A stretch of DNA of 62,724 nt, from positions 1 through 62,724 of IMG/VR virus record IMGVR_UViG_3300032250_000155, one strand, 5' to 3'. Position numbers and translations under genes: made by a program. This stretch comes from a virus. Lineage: Duplodnaviria > Caudoviricetes. The notes below the pieces were generated by a model that searched no databases, had not been told where the DNA came from, and saw only the letters and a program-made list of their open reading frames with translations. Below are positions 8,076 through 19,400 of the stretch, piece after piece. The stretch's first letter is position 1; each line of letters starts with the position of its first letter.

Positions 8076-8591
8076 ATGGAGAATTGGAAAGATATACTTG
8101 GGTACGAAATGTTGTACGAAGTAAGTAGTAATGGGAATATAAGAAATAAGAAAACATCAAAGATTTTAAGTAATAAATCTAATTCATATGTTACTGTATC
8201 GCTCTTTAAAAATAAAATTTGCAAAAGATTTACCGCACATAGGATTGTAGCAGAAGCATTCATTAAAAATCCTTTAAATAAAAAAGAGGTAAATCATATA
8301 AATGGAATAAAAAATGATAATCGTATAGAGAATCTTGAATGGTGTACTTCAAGTGAAAACATTAATCATTCGTGGAGGATTGGAACTTCTAAGATGACTG
8401 ATAAAAAAAGAAAGATTGCTAGAGAGAAAGGTAAAATGAATAAGGAAAATATGTTTATTACAATTCCTGTTCTAGATAAATTAAATGGAATTGTTTATAA
8501 ATCAAGGAAGGAGCTAGCAAAAGAAATGAATATAACAGTAAGTGCTGTTTGCTACAGAATAAAAAAAGGTATTTATAAATCTTTGCTTTAG
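8076..8591 (+). CDS. NUMOD4/HNH homing endonuclease
   Basis: ENWKDILGYEMLYEVSSNG (NUMOD4); HRIVAEAF...VNHINGIKNDNRIENLEW...N..H (HNH). Confidence 0.93.
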   Translation: MENWKDILGYEMLYEVSSNGNIRNKKTSKILSNKSNSYVTVSLFKNKICKRFTAHRIVAEAFIKNPLNKKEVNHINGIKNDNRIENLEWCTSSENINHSWRIGTSKMTDKKRKIAREKGKMNKENMFITIPVLDKLNGIVYKSRKELAKEMNITVSAVCYRIKKGIYKSLL

Positions 8592-8606
8592 AGAACTTTT
8601 AATAAT

Positions 8607-10616
8607 ATGTACAGAGAACATAAGAATTGCAAGAAATTAGAGATAAACGGTATAACTGTTAACGTGCCGCCTATTGGGCAGGTGTATAACGTTTTGACTA
8701 CCGTTTGGGAGAAAAGAGAACCTGTTAAGCGTTCTATGAAGAAAGAGTACCAATATTGGGAAAGACCACTTCCTCCTGAAGACTATGAGACGAAACGTAA
8801 AAAAGAAATTCAGGCACAAAAAACTAACCCAGAATATTACAATACCGAATTACAGAACTATCGTAATCAGGAATGGGATAGAAGATTAAATGGTTTTTGG
8901 TTTTACAATAATGGGCACGCTACCTACATAACAGGGCTTCATTACTTTTATCTAGTGCATTGGAAGATAGACGTAGGTTATCCTAGTTTTCGTATAACCG
9001 ATATGAACTTTTTTTATTTCCTAGAATACGTTTGCCAAGACCCTTGTAGCTTAGGAATGATTGAGGTAACGAAGCGTCGTCAAGGAAAAACAATGAGAGC
9101 AGGGGCTTTCTTATTTGAATTAACCTCAAGAAGCAAGAATAAAAACGCAGGCATTCAAAGTAAAACTTTTGAAGATGCAAAAGAAAACGTATTTGCTAAG
9201 GGTGTGATTATGCCATTTAAGTACCTACCCGATTTTTTTATTCCAATTTACGATACTGAAAAGGGGATGACCCCCAAAGGAGAACTTCGTTTTTTTAAGA
9301 CAAATAAGAGGGGTGCTACTGAATTTGACTTTGATAAAAAAATTGAATTAGAATCGAGTATTACATTTAAGTCTGCCGATAAGTTTTCTTATGATGGAAC
9401 AAAGCTTCATCGCTACCTTGCAGACGAAGCAGGTAAAACTAAAAACGTTGATGTGTATGACAGGCATCAGGTTGTTCAATTTTGTTTGCAACAAGAGGAA
9501 AATATTATTGGCAAGGCTTTATATACCACAACCGTTGAAGAAATGGAAGACGGAGGAGCTTCATTTAAGGAACTATGGATGGCTTCAGACCAATCTAAAA
9601 GAGATAAGAACGGAAGAACAAGGTCTGGGCTTTATCAATATTTTATGCCTGCATATAAAACTTTATTTTACGATATTTATGGATTCCCAGATGAAGAAAA
9701 AGCAAAAGAATATTACATAAATGCGAGGGAATCTCTCATCAGTGATAGCAGAGCTTTAGCCTCATACATTCGTAAAAACCCGTTTACGATAGAGGAGGCT
9801 TTTTTCAGCGAAGGAGAGACTTGTCTTTACGATGCGATGGCAATTAATAGACAACTAGAAAGTATATCGTGGATTGATAAAAAAGAATTATATTTGCAAG
9901 GAGAATTTATTTGGGAGAACGGAGTTCGTGATAGCAGAGTTGTTTTCAAGGAAACGGCAAACGGTAAATTCTTGGTTTTAAAAGAAGTAAATCCACTTAG
10001 TGCGGATGATTATAATGAGGTTGAGACATTAGGGACAAAGAAAACTCCAAAAGCAAAGAATAAAAGAGCGATAGGAGTTGACCCATTTGACCACAGTATA
10101 ACTACTTCAAATGAACGTTCTGATGGAGCGGCTTATGTTTATAATAAGTTTGATATAACATCTGAACTAAGTGAAACATTTTTAGTAGAATATTTGAACA
10201 GACCAGATAAGGCTGAAATATTTTACGAGGATATGATTAAGTTATGTCATTTCTTTGGTTGTGAAATTTTATCTGAAGACCAAAAGATAGGTTTAATAAA
10301 CTATTTTATAAATAGGGGATATGAGAAGTTTTTAGTTAAAATGCCCAATTCTGTTAAGTACGGAATATCTGCTAGTTCAAAAGTGCATCAGCAGATAGCC
10401 GAGGAAACAGAAACTTATATACTAGATAATTTACATAAAGTTAAATTTCCTAGACTTTTAAATGATTGGTTGCATTTTGATATAAATAAAACTACTAAAT
10501 TTGATGCAGCGATGGCAAGTGGTTACACTTTAATATCCTCTAGTAAATCTAAATTTGGAGTAAAAAAAGAACAAGAACAAAAATTATTTGAAATACGAGA
10601 TGTATTTCCTTTTTAA
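8607..10616 (+). CDS. terL: Terminase large subunit
   Basis: Walker A KRRQGKT, Walker B YLADEAGK, nuclease IGVDPFD...SDG and C-terminal FDAAMA motifs. Confidence 0.93.
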   Translation: MYREHKNCKKLEINGITVNVPPIGQVYNVLTTVWEKREPVKRSMKKEYQYWERPLPPEDYETKRKKEIQAQKTNPEYYNTELQNYRNQEWDRRLNGFWFYNNGHATYITGLHYFYLVHWKIDVGYPSFRITDMNFFYFLEYVCQDPCSLGMIEVTKRRQGKTMRAGAFLFELTSRSKNKNAGIQSKTFEDAKENVFAKGVIMPFKYLPDFFIPIYDTEKGMTPKGELRFFKTNKRGATEFDFDKKIELESSITFKSADKFSYDGTKLHRYLADEAGKTKNVDVYDRHQVVQFCLQQEENIIGKALYTTTVEEMEDGGASFKELWMASDQSKRDKNGRTRSGLYQYFMPAYKTLFYDIYGFPDEEKAKEYYINARESLISDSRALASYIRKNPFTIEEAFFSEGETCLYDAMAINRQLESISWIDKKELYLQGEFIWENGVRDSRVVFKETANGKFLVLKEVNPLSADDYNEVETLGTKKTPKAKNKRAIGVDPFDHSITTSNERSDGAAYVYNKFDITSELSETFLVEYLNRPDKAEIFYEDMIKLCHFFGCEILSEDQKIGLINYFINRGYEKFLVKMPNSVKYGISASSKVHQQIAEETETYILDNLHKVKFPRLLNDWLHFDINKTTKFDAAMASGYTLISSSKSKFGVKKEQEQKLFEIRDVFPF

Positions 10617-10618
10617 TT

Positions 10619-12916
10619 ATGGATGATAACGTAACTTCGACACTTGGTTTTCCAAGCCATTTAATTGATTCTTCTCAAAAGGACAAGAAATGGATTTCAC
10701 AGTACATCAAGGCTGCTTGGATGGACTTTTCTACCTACTACCCTAATCAACTTTACAACGGTAGGGATAAGTACCACGAAACAAAATTGTATATGCTTGG
10801 TAAGCAATCTGTTAGCAGATACAAGAAACTGTTTCAGCCGAATCAAGTTGCTAACGAAGACCAGTCTTGGATAAATATAAACTGGGACATCTTACCTATC
10901 ATACCAAAATTTAGAAGAATAGCCCTTGCTACGTTATTAAAAACCGATTTCACAATATCTGTTGACGCAATCGACCCAATAGCACAGGATGATAAAAAAG
11001 AATTTTATGCAGAAAATGCTGCTAAGATTATTTTAAAAGAAGAATTTAAGAAACAGGGTGTTGACCCGTCTATGATTCCTGAACCAGAAGTGGATGCTAC
11101 AAATCTAAAGGAGCTAGATATTTATATGAATTACTCGTATAAGCATCGTATGGCAATAGAGATGGAGCAAGCACTTAAACTCATCTTAAACCTTAATAAG
11201 TTTGAGCAGCAAAGAGAGAAGGCGGTAGAGGATTTAATAGATTACGGAATCACAGGCTATAAAGAGTATTTCGATAAAGGAGGTATAATTAAGACAAGAC
11301 ACGTCTCTCCTGCAAATATGGTGATGTCTTATTCTATTGACCCCAACTTTGAAGATGTTCAGTATTTTGGAGAAGTTATTGAAATAACAATTTCTGATTT
11401 AAAGCAAATGGCTGGAGACCAGATTTCGGAGGAACAATATCAGATTATTGCTGAAAAATATACAAACAAGTTGGGTAATCCTGCATTGTTGAAAAATGTA
11501 AATTCTAATCAGAATAGAAACTATGATGGGTTTAGAATAAGGGTGCTTGATTTAGAGTTCTTTTCTGTAAATTCTTTGATTCAAGAAGAAAGAGTTAACT
11601 CAAAAGGAAATGTAGTAGTTGGCAGAACAAGTAAGCTGAAGACTAATAAGTCTGATAAAAAATACACCAAAACTGACTACAAGGTTGTTTATCAAGGTAA
11701 GTGGGTAATAGATTCAGATGTATTTTTTGATTGCGAATTGGCATCAAATATGAAAAGGGCTAAATCTGCTCTAACAGATACATCAATGTCATTTCATATT
11801 GTTGCCCCACAAATTTACCAAATGAATACTTATTCACTTGGGGAGCAAATGAAAACTATTGCAGACCAAATCCAAATGGCTTGGTATAAACTGCAAAATG
11901 TTATGTTGCGTGCAAGACCTAGAGGTATAATGATAGAGCTTGGTGCACTAGAAAACGTACCACTTGGTAGGGCAGGTAAGGCTTTAAAGCCAATGGAAAT
12001 TATTGACTTATATAATCAGACAGGTAATTTAGTTTACCGAAGATTAAGCGAAGAAGGAGATGCAAGTAATTACAAACCAATTGAAGAACTTGATAATGGT
12101 ATTGGGAATGAAGCTGTACAATATTTTAATATTATTACAAACAATATTCAGCTTTTAAGAGATATCTTAGGATTCAATGAGATAACAGATGGTTCTACAC
12201 CTGACCCTCGTACTTTAAAGGGCGTGGCGAAGTATGCCTCTGAATCAACGAACAATTCTCTTGATTTTATTAGAAGAGCAGAAAGAAATCTTCTTGAAAG
12301 AATGTGTTATTCATTAACACTTCGTATTCAGGATGCAGCACAAATGGGAACTATTGATGGATTCGTTAGAGCATTAGGTTCTAACACAGTTCAATTCTTT
12401 AAATTAGACCCTAATATTTCAGCTTATGAGTGCGGACTTGTTATTAGTCAAAAACCTACAGAAGCTGAGCGTGAAAAATTAAATAGAAGAATAGAGCAAG
12501 CTATTGCATCAAACCAAGTAACATTGGCTGATGCTATGATGGTTGAAAATCTTGATGATTTAAAATATGCTGAATTGCTTTTAGCATACAAGATTACTAA
12601 AAATCAAGAAGATGCTCAAGAGAGGGCAATGCAGCAACAGCAAATGAATGGTCAGATTCAACAACAATCTGCAATGACAGCCGCTCAAGCTCAACAGCAA
12701 ACTATTCAAATTGAAACGCAATCTAAGATGGCATTAATGGAAAAACAAGCCCAAATAGATGCTCAACTATTAGCGATGAAATTACAGAATGAGGCTTTAA
12801 TTGAACAAGGGAAGCTTGAAGGTAAAATTAATACAGCGAAAATAGAGGCAGATTCAAGAGAGTATATTGCTGAAATTAAGAAATCTACTACTATGAATGC
12901 AAATATTAAAAAATAA
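10619..12916 (+). CDS. Portal protein (crAss-like/podovirus long type)
   Basis: 765 aa directly after TerL; WDILPIIPKF and LGFNEITDG motifs; Q-rich C-terminal barrel. Confidence 0.88.
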   Translation: MDDNVTSTLGFPSHLIDSSQKDKKWISQYIKAAWMDFSTYYPNQLYNGRDKYHETKLYMLGKQSVSRYKKLFQPNQVANEDQSWININWDILPIIPKFRRIALATLLKTDFTISVDAIDPIAQDDKKEFYAENAAKIILKEEFKKQGVDPSMIPEPEVDATNLKELDIYMNYSYKHRMAIEMEQALKLILNLNKFEQQREKAVEDLIDYGITGYKEYFDKGGIIKTRHVSPANMVMSYSIDPNFEDVQYFGEVIEITISDLKQMAGDQISEEQYQIIAEKYTNKLGNPALLKNVNSNQNRNYDGFRIRVLDLEFFSVNSLIQEERVNSKGNVVVGRTSKLKTNKSDKKYTKTDYKVVYQGKWVIDSDVFFDCELASNMKRAKSALTDTSMSFHIVAPQIYQMNTYSLGEQMKTIADQIQMAWYKLQNVMLRARPRGIMIELGALENVPLGRAGKALKPMEIIDLYNQTGNLVYRRLSEEGDASNYKPIEELDNGIGNEAVQYFNIITNNIQLLRDILGFNEITDGSTPDPRTLKGVAKYASESTNNSLDFIRRAERNLLERMCYSLTLRIQDAAQMGTIDGFVRALGSNTVQFFKLDPNISAYECGLVISQKPTEAEREKLNRRIEQAIASNQVTLADAMMVENLDDLKYAELLLAYKITKNQEDAQERAMQQQQMNGQIQQQSAMTAAQAQQQTIQIETQSKMALMEKQAQIDAQLLAMKLQNEALIEQGKLEGKINTAKIEADSREYIAEIKKSTTMNANIKK

Positions 12917-12948
12917 TTTATAGATTTGTGCAACCAAACAATACAAAT

Positions 12949-14052
12949 ATGGCAGAGCCAATTAATTTAGATGAGCTTTTAAATAAAGCAGAAGAAGTAG
13001 CAAATGAAGTAGACGCTGATTCGTCGGCAGATGCCCAAGAAAATAATATTGATTCGTCGGAGGCTGAAAATACAGCATCTAGCGAAGAAAACTCTCAGGA
13101 AGATGGGGGTTCTCAAGAAGAAAATGTAGGAACAGAAGAGGAAGATGAAGAAGTTTATATTAACACAAGTAGCGATGATAAAACAGGGCTAGAGGCTCAA
13201 ACAGAAATCAGCGAAAGTGATAATGAGGCTAATGATTCTAAATCAGAGAAACAAACAGAGTATAAATTCAAGGATGAGTTTATCAAAAAAGCAGTAGAGT
13301 ATTACGAGAAGTATCAAACTTTACAACCTTTTTTAGAAGCTACTCAAGTTGATTATGATGCAGTAGATGATGTTGAGTTATTAAGAATTAAATTCAATAA
13401 AGAAAATTCTGATTTACCAACAAAAACTCAAGAGCGGATTTTTCAAAAAGAACTTGAAAAGTACAATCTTGATTCTTATGAAGATGATGATGTAGAAATG
13501 GGTCAAGCGTTATTAAAGCGAGATGCTAATAAGCTAAGACAAAATTTCAAAGAAGAACAACAGTTATTCTTAAAGTCAATCGAACCAGCGGGACAAGAGC
13601 AAGACAATACAGAAGTTATTGCACAAATGGAAGCTCAAAGAGCGGAAAACAAATCAATAGCAAAAAGTGGAGTCGAAAGTGTATTAAAAAACAACTACAT
13701 CAAGGTTGGAGCTAACGGAGAAGGAATAAACTTTCAAGTTGGCAATGTTGATAAGGTTGTTGATTACGCATTAGATTCAACTCAATTTCTATCAACTTTT
13801 GCTAAGCAAGATGGAAGTGTTGATTGGGATAAATGGGTAAAGGTGGTTTCATTTACAGAGAACCCTGACTTATTTATTGGAGAATTAATCAAACACGGAA
13901 AATCTTTAGGCAGAAAAGCAATGGAGTCAGAGTTGAAGAATTTTAAACCAAATGTGAACTCTAAAGCTGTTATCCAAGGGGATGATGCTAATAGCAGCCC
14001 ATTTGATAACAAGTTAGATTTCTTAAAACAGATGGTTGTTACAAAGAAATAA
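12949..14052 (+). CDS. Probable capsid scaffolding protein
   Basis: Very acidic N-terminus; between portal and capsid genes; likely start MAEPIN at 12949. Confidence 0.7.
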   Translation: MAEPINLDELLNKAEEVANEVDADSSADAQENNIDSSEAENTASSEENSQEDGGSQEENVGTEEEDEEVYINTSSDDKTGLEAQTEISESDNEANDSKSEKQTEYKFKDEFIKKAVEYYEKYQTLQPFLEATQVDYDAVDDVELLRIKFNKENSDLPTKTQERIFQKELEKYNLDSYEDDDVEMGQALLKRDANKLRQNFKEEQQLFLKSIEPAGQEQDNTEVIAQMEAQRAENKSIAKSGVESVLKNNYIKVGANGEGINFQVGNVDKVVDYALDSTQFLSTFAKQDGSVDWDKWVKVVSFTENPDLFIGELIKHGKSLGRKAMESELKNFKPNVNSKAVIQGDDANSSPFDNKLDFLKQMVVTKK

Positions 14053-14080
14053 TTTTAACTTTTAAAACAGAAAAAATAAA

Positions 14081-15409
14081 ATGGCTATAGGAGCAGGTAA
14101 TATCGACCGTACTTTTTTATCTACGGTATCGTTTACAAACACGTTAGAACAACGTGAGATTTTAAAATACGTATTAGACATCTATGATGAGGAAGCGTCT
14201 ATGTTAGATGTATTAGATTGGACAGGTCGTGCTAAGGCATCTGCTCAAACTGAATACTTCACAGTGCAAAACAACTTTTTGTACGCAGTAGCAACTGTTA
14301 AGACTTTAACAACTGCTGGTTCAGCTGGTGCTTCTGCATCAATCGTTTGTACTGGAGCTACTTCTGTAAAACCAGTTGTAGGTGAATTAATGTTATTCGC
14401 TAACGGAGTTGTTGGTTATGTATCTGCTGTTGATTCAGCTACTGACTTTACAATTACTGTTAAGCCTGTTAACTCTGCTGACATTATCCCTGCTGTTGCA
14501 GTAGGTGCTAAGTTATCATTCTTCTCGAATGCTTATGCAGAAGGAACTGGTTCTAACCAAATGCGTAAATCGGATTTAGTTAAGCGTTCTAACAAATTGC
14601 AAATCTTCAAAACTAAAACTTCTATCACAGATATCGCTTACGGTTCTAAGATTGAGGTTGAGTTTAAAGGAAAGCCTTACTACTTCTTAAAGCAGCAACA
14701 TGATGCTTATTTGAAGCACCGTATGGATATCTTGTATGCAATCTTGTTTGGTCGTGAATCAGCTGGTTTGACAGATGCAAATGGTAATGCAATTAACACT
14801 ACTCGTGGTTTGCGTGATACAATTGCTAATGCTGGTGGTATTGTTTCAAATACAGCTACTGGTGGTACAGTTGCTTTGGCTGACTTATCTGCATTATCTC
14901 GCTTGATGGATGCTAACCGTTGCCCAATTGAGTACCAATTATGGGCTGGTGCTGATTTTGATAACGCATTTGATACAGCAATTAGTTCTACTTCTCCATT
15001 CTTGAATGGTGGTATCAACTATGCTTCTTATAATGGTAACAAGGAGATTCCTTTAACATTGGGTATTCAATCATTCAATGCTTATGGACGTACTTTCCAC
15101 AAGAAGCGTTTAAGTGCATTGTCTCATCCACAAATCACTTCTACAGCAACTAACGTAAACTATACTAAAGAGGCTTACTTAGTTCCTGCTGGAAAGATTA
15201 AGGTTGAGCAAGGCGGTGGACAAATCGACCGTATGCAAATCCGTTACCTAGAAATGGCTGATGGTATCAATAGCAGATTCCGTGAGAAAATGCTTGGTGG
15301 ATTAGCTCCTACTCCTACTTCAGATACTGACACTTTAGATGTAGTGTACAGCTCTATTGAAGGTTTAGAGACTGCTGGTAACGAGCATTTCGTTAAATAT
15401 TCTATCTAA
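14081..15409 (+). CDS. Major capsid protein
   Basis: 442 aa; strongly biased codons (GCT/GGT/CGT/TTC); NKLQIFK and TTRGLRD HK97-like motifs; followed by a terminator. Confidence 0.88.
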   Translation: MAIGAGNIDRTFLSTVSFTNTLEQREILKYVLDIYDEEASMLDVLDWTGRAKASAQTEYFTVQNNFLYAVATVKTLTTAGSAGASASIVCTGATSVKPVVGELMLFANGVVGYVSAVDSATDFTITVKPVNSADIIPAVAVGAKLSFFSNAYAEGTGSNQMRKSDLVKRSNKLQIFKTKTSITDIAYGSKIEVEFKGKPYYFLKQQHDAYLKHRMDILYAILFGRESAGLTDANGNAINTTRGLRDTIANAGGIVSNTATGGTVALADLSALSRLMDANRCPIEYQLWAGADFDNAFDTAISSTSPFLNGGINYASYNGNKEIPLTLGIQSFNAYGRTFHKKRLSALSHPQITSTATNVNYTKEAYLVPAGKIKVEQGGGQIDRMQIRYLEMADGINSRFREKMLGGLAPTPTSDTDTLDVVYSSIEGLETAGNEHFVKYSI

Positions 15410-15430
15410 TATTAGAAAGAATTTTGCAAA

Positions 15431-15460
15431 AGAAGGGGGAAGAAATTCCTCCTTTTTTTA
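15431..15460 (+). terminator. Intrinsic terminator after the capsid gene
   Basis: GAAGGGGGAA-GAAA-TTCCTCCTTT hairpin plus T-run. Confidence 0.85.
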
Positions 15461-15512
15461 TGTTAAAACTATTTTAATAACTACCATATTAAATAATTTG
15501 AAAAAAAGTTGT

Positions 15513-15520
15513 TATTTTTG
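15513..15520 (+). promoter_or_regulatory. Bacteroidetes -7 element TATTTTTG
   Basis: TAnnTTTG upstream of ATG 15552, with TTTG further upstream. Confidence 0.55.
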
Positions 15521-15551
15521 AGCAAGTAAACTATAAAACCAAACAGTAAAA

Positions 15552-16370
15552 ATGAAAGCAGACCAATACAATAACATTTCCGCTAGCTTAAAGCGAATGT
15601 TAAAACCAGATGAAAGGGCAGTCTATCGTGTACTAAGTATTCGTCCAGACCCTGATAATGCAGGAAAATTTTTGATGCCAGCTGCATTGCAAATTCGCCC
15701 CACAGATATTATTATTGACAAGCATTCTCCTGACCAATTTGTTACTATTGCAGCAATTGAACGTCAAGAAAATGATGGTAATCCAATATTCTTAAATATT
15801 GTTTTTACAGCAGCAAATCTTGGATATTTATTTTTAGAAGGCAGAAATCCTGTTCATCAAAAAATCTACCAATACTTAGAATTATGTAATTACAATGAAT
15901 CTAACGAAAACAGAAATCCTGACATAGAGCCAGTATTCATGCGGGTTGATAGTAAAAAAGAAGCTGCTAACGAAAGAGGACTTCGTAAGATGATTGTTAA
16001 AGCGGTAAATACAGCAATAGAATTGGAAGATGCTAAGGCTAATGAAGTTGCAATGGCTTTAGGAATTGAAGCAGCAAGTATTGAGGAAGTTCGTAATGAA
16101 CTAGAGGATTATGCGGAAGAAAATCCAGAAGAGTTTTTGGTAATTGTTGAAAGAGCATCTTTAGGAGCAGAATCTGTTTTAAAAGAAGCTGTAAAGAAAG
16201 GAATTATTAAAAATAATGTAAATTCACAATTATTTGAATGGGTAGATACTGGAAAGGAGATTATGAAGTATAAAAAAGCTCCTAACAAGAACTACTTTAA
16301 AGAATTAGCCGATTACTTAGAAGAAAACAATCCAGATGAGCTAAACGCCATCAAGACCCGATTAGGGTAA
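15552..16370 (+). CDS. Hypothetical protein downstream of the capsid gene
   Basis: 272-aa ORF with its own promoter and terminator. Confidence 0.8.
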   Translation: MKADQYNNISASLKRMLKPDERAVYRVLSIRPDPDNAGKFLMPAALQIRPTDIIIDKHSPDQFVTIAAIERQENDGNPIFLNIVFTAANLGYLFLEGRNPVHQKIYQYLELCNYNESNENRNPDIEPVFMRVDSKKEAANERGLRKMIVKAVNTAIELEDAKANEVAMALGIEAASIEEVRNELEDYAEENPEEFLVIVERASLGAESVLKEAVKKGIIKNNVNSQLFEWVDTGKEIMKYKKAPNKNYFKELADYLEENNPDELNAIKTRLG

Positions 16371-16410
16371 ATCCGACAACAGGATTGATTGTTTGGTTTC
16401 GGTTAAGTAG

Positions 16411-16444
16411 AGAGCGTGATATTTTGTCACGCTTTTCTTTTTTT
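16411..16444 (+). terminator. Intrinsic terminator
   Basis: AGCGTGATA-TTT-TGTCACGCT hairpin plus T-run. Confidence 0.8.
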
Positions 16445-16457
16445 ATAATAAAGGTAG

Positions 16458-16465
16458 TATCTTTG
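16458..16465 (+). promoter_or_regulatory. Bacteroidetes -7 element TATCTTTG
   Basis: TAnnTTTG 23 nt upstream of ATG 16489. Confidence 0.6.
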
Positions 16466-16488
16466 ATGAACATATTATTTCAGGAATA

Positions 16489-19400
16489 ATGGCAATAGGA
16501 TTCAATATACAGTTTAGGATTAACGAAAAGATTGATTCTAGGATTATAAGGTTAACTGATACTTCTTCTAATGACTCAGGATTTACTTTTGGAAAGGGTA
16601 ATTTCTCAATAACGTTCCCTGATGGAACAAATATAAGTCACACAGATTTTAATAGCCCAGATATTACTTCTATTGGAGGATACTATGATTTTCAAGCATC
16701 TTCTGATATATACAACAATGTACTAACGGGTCAATATGTTGTGACATATGTTGTGTTAAACTCAAGTAATGTTGCACAAACCCCATTAGTTAGAACCATT
16801 ACTGATTTCAATTGGATTAAGCCTAGTGCTGTTATTCAAAACAAATCAGATGTATTTATTCCTGAGGTTCAATTTTATGATGCAACAGATTACGTTAATA
16901 TAGGCAACTTTGTTGGAACAGTTTCAAGAAGTTTCTCAGTTCCTCTACCTACAACTAGTGAGGTAAGTGGTCAGTCTGCCACAACAACTGGTCAAACACT
17001 TACTCCTGTTGTATCAGGCAAGTATTACGAAGGATTGTATAATATCTCTTTAGATGCAACAGTAAACTATACAAATAGTATCCATTCTTGGTTGACACTT
17101 TACTATACAGAGTTAACTCAGGAAACTATTTCTATTAGACAAGTTCCCACTCAGACGCAGATTGTCACAAAGATGAATGCGTTTAGAGCTGATGTTGATG
17201 CTTATAAAGAGAAGAATGATACTCAGTTTGAGATACTAAGTGAGGAATATGACATAGCAGTTGCCTTGTACTCTCACTTAATTGCAAGATTTGAAACTAA
17301 TACACTAGACGGAACTCAGCCATTGTTGGAGGAGTTGCTTTCTATACTAGAGCCGTACGACGGAATATATACTTATAAGTTAACTCAATTAACTCCATTT
17401 GAATTAGGAATCCCTCAAAACGGTTACTTTACATTATCTAATGGCACAACTACTGATACATTTTACTTACAAAGTACACTGCTTTTTGGTTCAACAAATA
17501 CAGCACTTGGTATTACTGTGTCAGATAATGCTATAACATTTGTTCCTAACTTTGGAACTACTGCAAATACTTTTGCTCAAGGAAATGATTCTAGATTCCA
17601 TAATGCTTTAACCATAGGTACAGCTAATGGGCTTTCTTTGGCTGTGCAGGCTCTATCTTTATCTCTTGCTACCACTTCATCGTCTGGGGCAATGTCAGCG
17701 TCTGACAAGTCAAAATTAGACGGTATATCAAGTGGAGCTTCTGTAACAAGTGTTGGTCTTACAATGCCTGCTGCCTTTACGGTTGCTAACTCTCCTATAA
17801 CTGGAGCTGGAACAATAAGTGTTACGGGGGCAGGAAATATTAATCAGTACATTGCAGGTAATGGGTCTTTAGTAACATTTCCTACTGAATTTACTGCAAA
17901 AAATATGGTTACTTATGGTAGAAATTCTACTGGAAGTACACTTCATAGAGGTACAATTGTTTACATATCAGGTTCTACAGGCAATGTTCCTAACTTTACT
18001 AAGGCTAGAGCTAATGGGGAAGCAACTTCTGCAAGAACATTTGGTGTTGTAAGGGATGATATTTCTAATAACTCAGATGGATATGTTGTTTCTATTGGGT
18101 CTATTGATAACTTAGACACTCGTTCAAATGCTACTTATCCGTTTACAAACGATACCTTAGTTGATGGGGATACTGTTTACTTAGACCCTAACACGGCAGG
18201 ATATATTACAAGAGTTAAGCCATCTGCTCCAAATCATTTGGTGTATATTGGTAAGGTAATAAGAACAACTCCTACTAATGGAACTATTGTCTATCAAATT
18301 CAAAATGGTTTTGAGATGGATGAGTTGCACGATGTTCAAATAACAAGTGTTGCAAATAAAAATACTTTAATTTACGATTCTGCAACATCTCTTTGGAAAA
18401 ACAAAAACATATTTGGAACTCAAGGCTATTTGCCTTACTATGATAATACCTTATATTTAAAGGATTCTCCATTATATACAGATGGAATAAATATTACAGT
18501 AGGAGGAACTACTGGAACTGGATTGTTTAATATTCAAGGCTCTAAAACTGCTTCATCAGCCATTGCAAGGGGTCAATTTATTAATTCCACATTAGTTGCT
18601 TCTGCAAATAATGACGTGTTAGTGGGATTAGATATTAATCCTACTTTTACAACTGGAGCATTTACGGGAGTTACAAGTAATGCATTAAGAGTTAGTGGAT
18701 ATTCTAATTTTATAAATAATGCAAGTGCAGGAGTATTAAGATTACAAAATCTAAGTTCTACGGGATGGAGTTCGTTTGAAATATATAATTCAGCTAGTTC
18801 ATTAGTTGGTGGTTTTGGATGGGGTAATGCAAGTGCCTCAGCTTTAGCAAGTACTATGTATTTTGATGTTGTTGGTAATAATCCATTTGTAATTAGAACA
18901 AATAATACTGAAAGAATAAGATTTTTTGGAGGCGGTAATGTTGGTATAAATACAGGAGCTACTGATGCAGGATATAGATTAGATGTATCAGGAACAACTC
19001 GTTTTGTCGGAACTACTTCTTCAGATACTGCACCTCTTGGCTCTGAATTAGCAGCAGTTACAGGAACAGGAACTAACTGGGAATTAGCAGGTACAAACTT
19101 AAACGTAGGAGGATATACTCACACAACAGGTAGTGTGGTTGCTTTAACTACTACTCTTGCTGCGGTATCAGCAACTTATTACCAAATTACTTATACTATA
19201 ACAGGTAGAACCGCAGGAACTATAACAATAGCATATGGTGGAATATCTGCATCAGGTATATCAGCATCTGGTGCAACAGGGCAACTTTCTTCAGCGACTA
19301 CTGCTTTAACAATAACTCCTACGACTGATTTTGATGGTACGGTTGTACTTTCAATCAAGTCTATTGGAACATCTTCTGCTTCTTCAACATTTTCTAATAG

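Noticed and set aside
8076-8591. HNH gene as part of a group I intron in the terminase
   Set aside because: It is free-standing between two complete ORFs with very short spacers, leaving no room for an intron core
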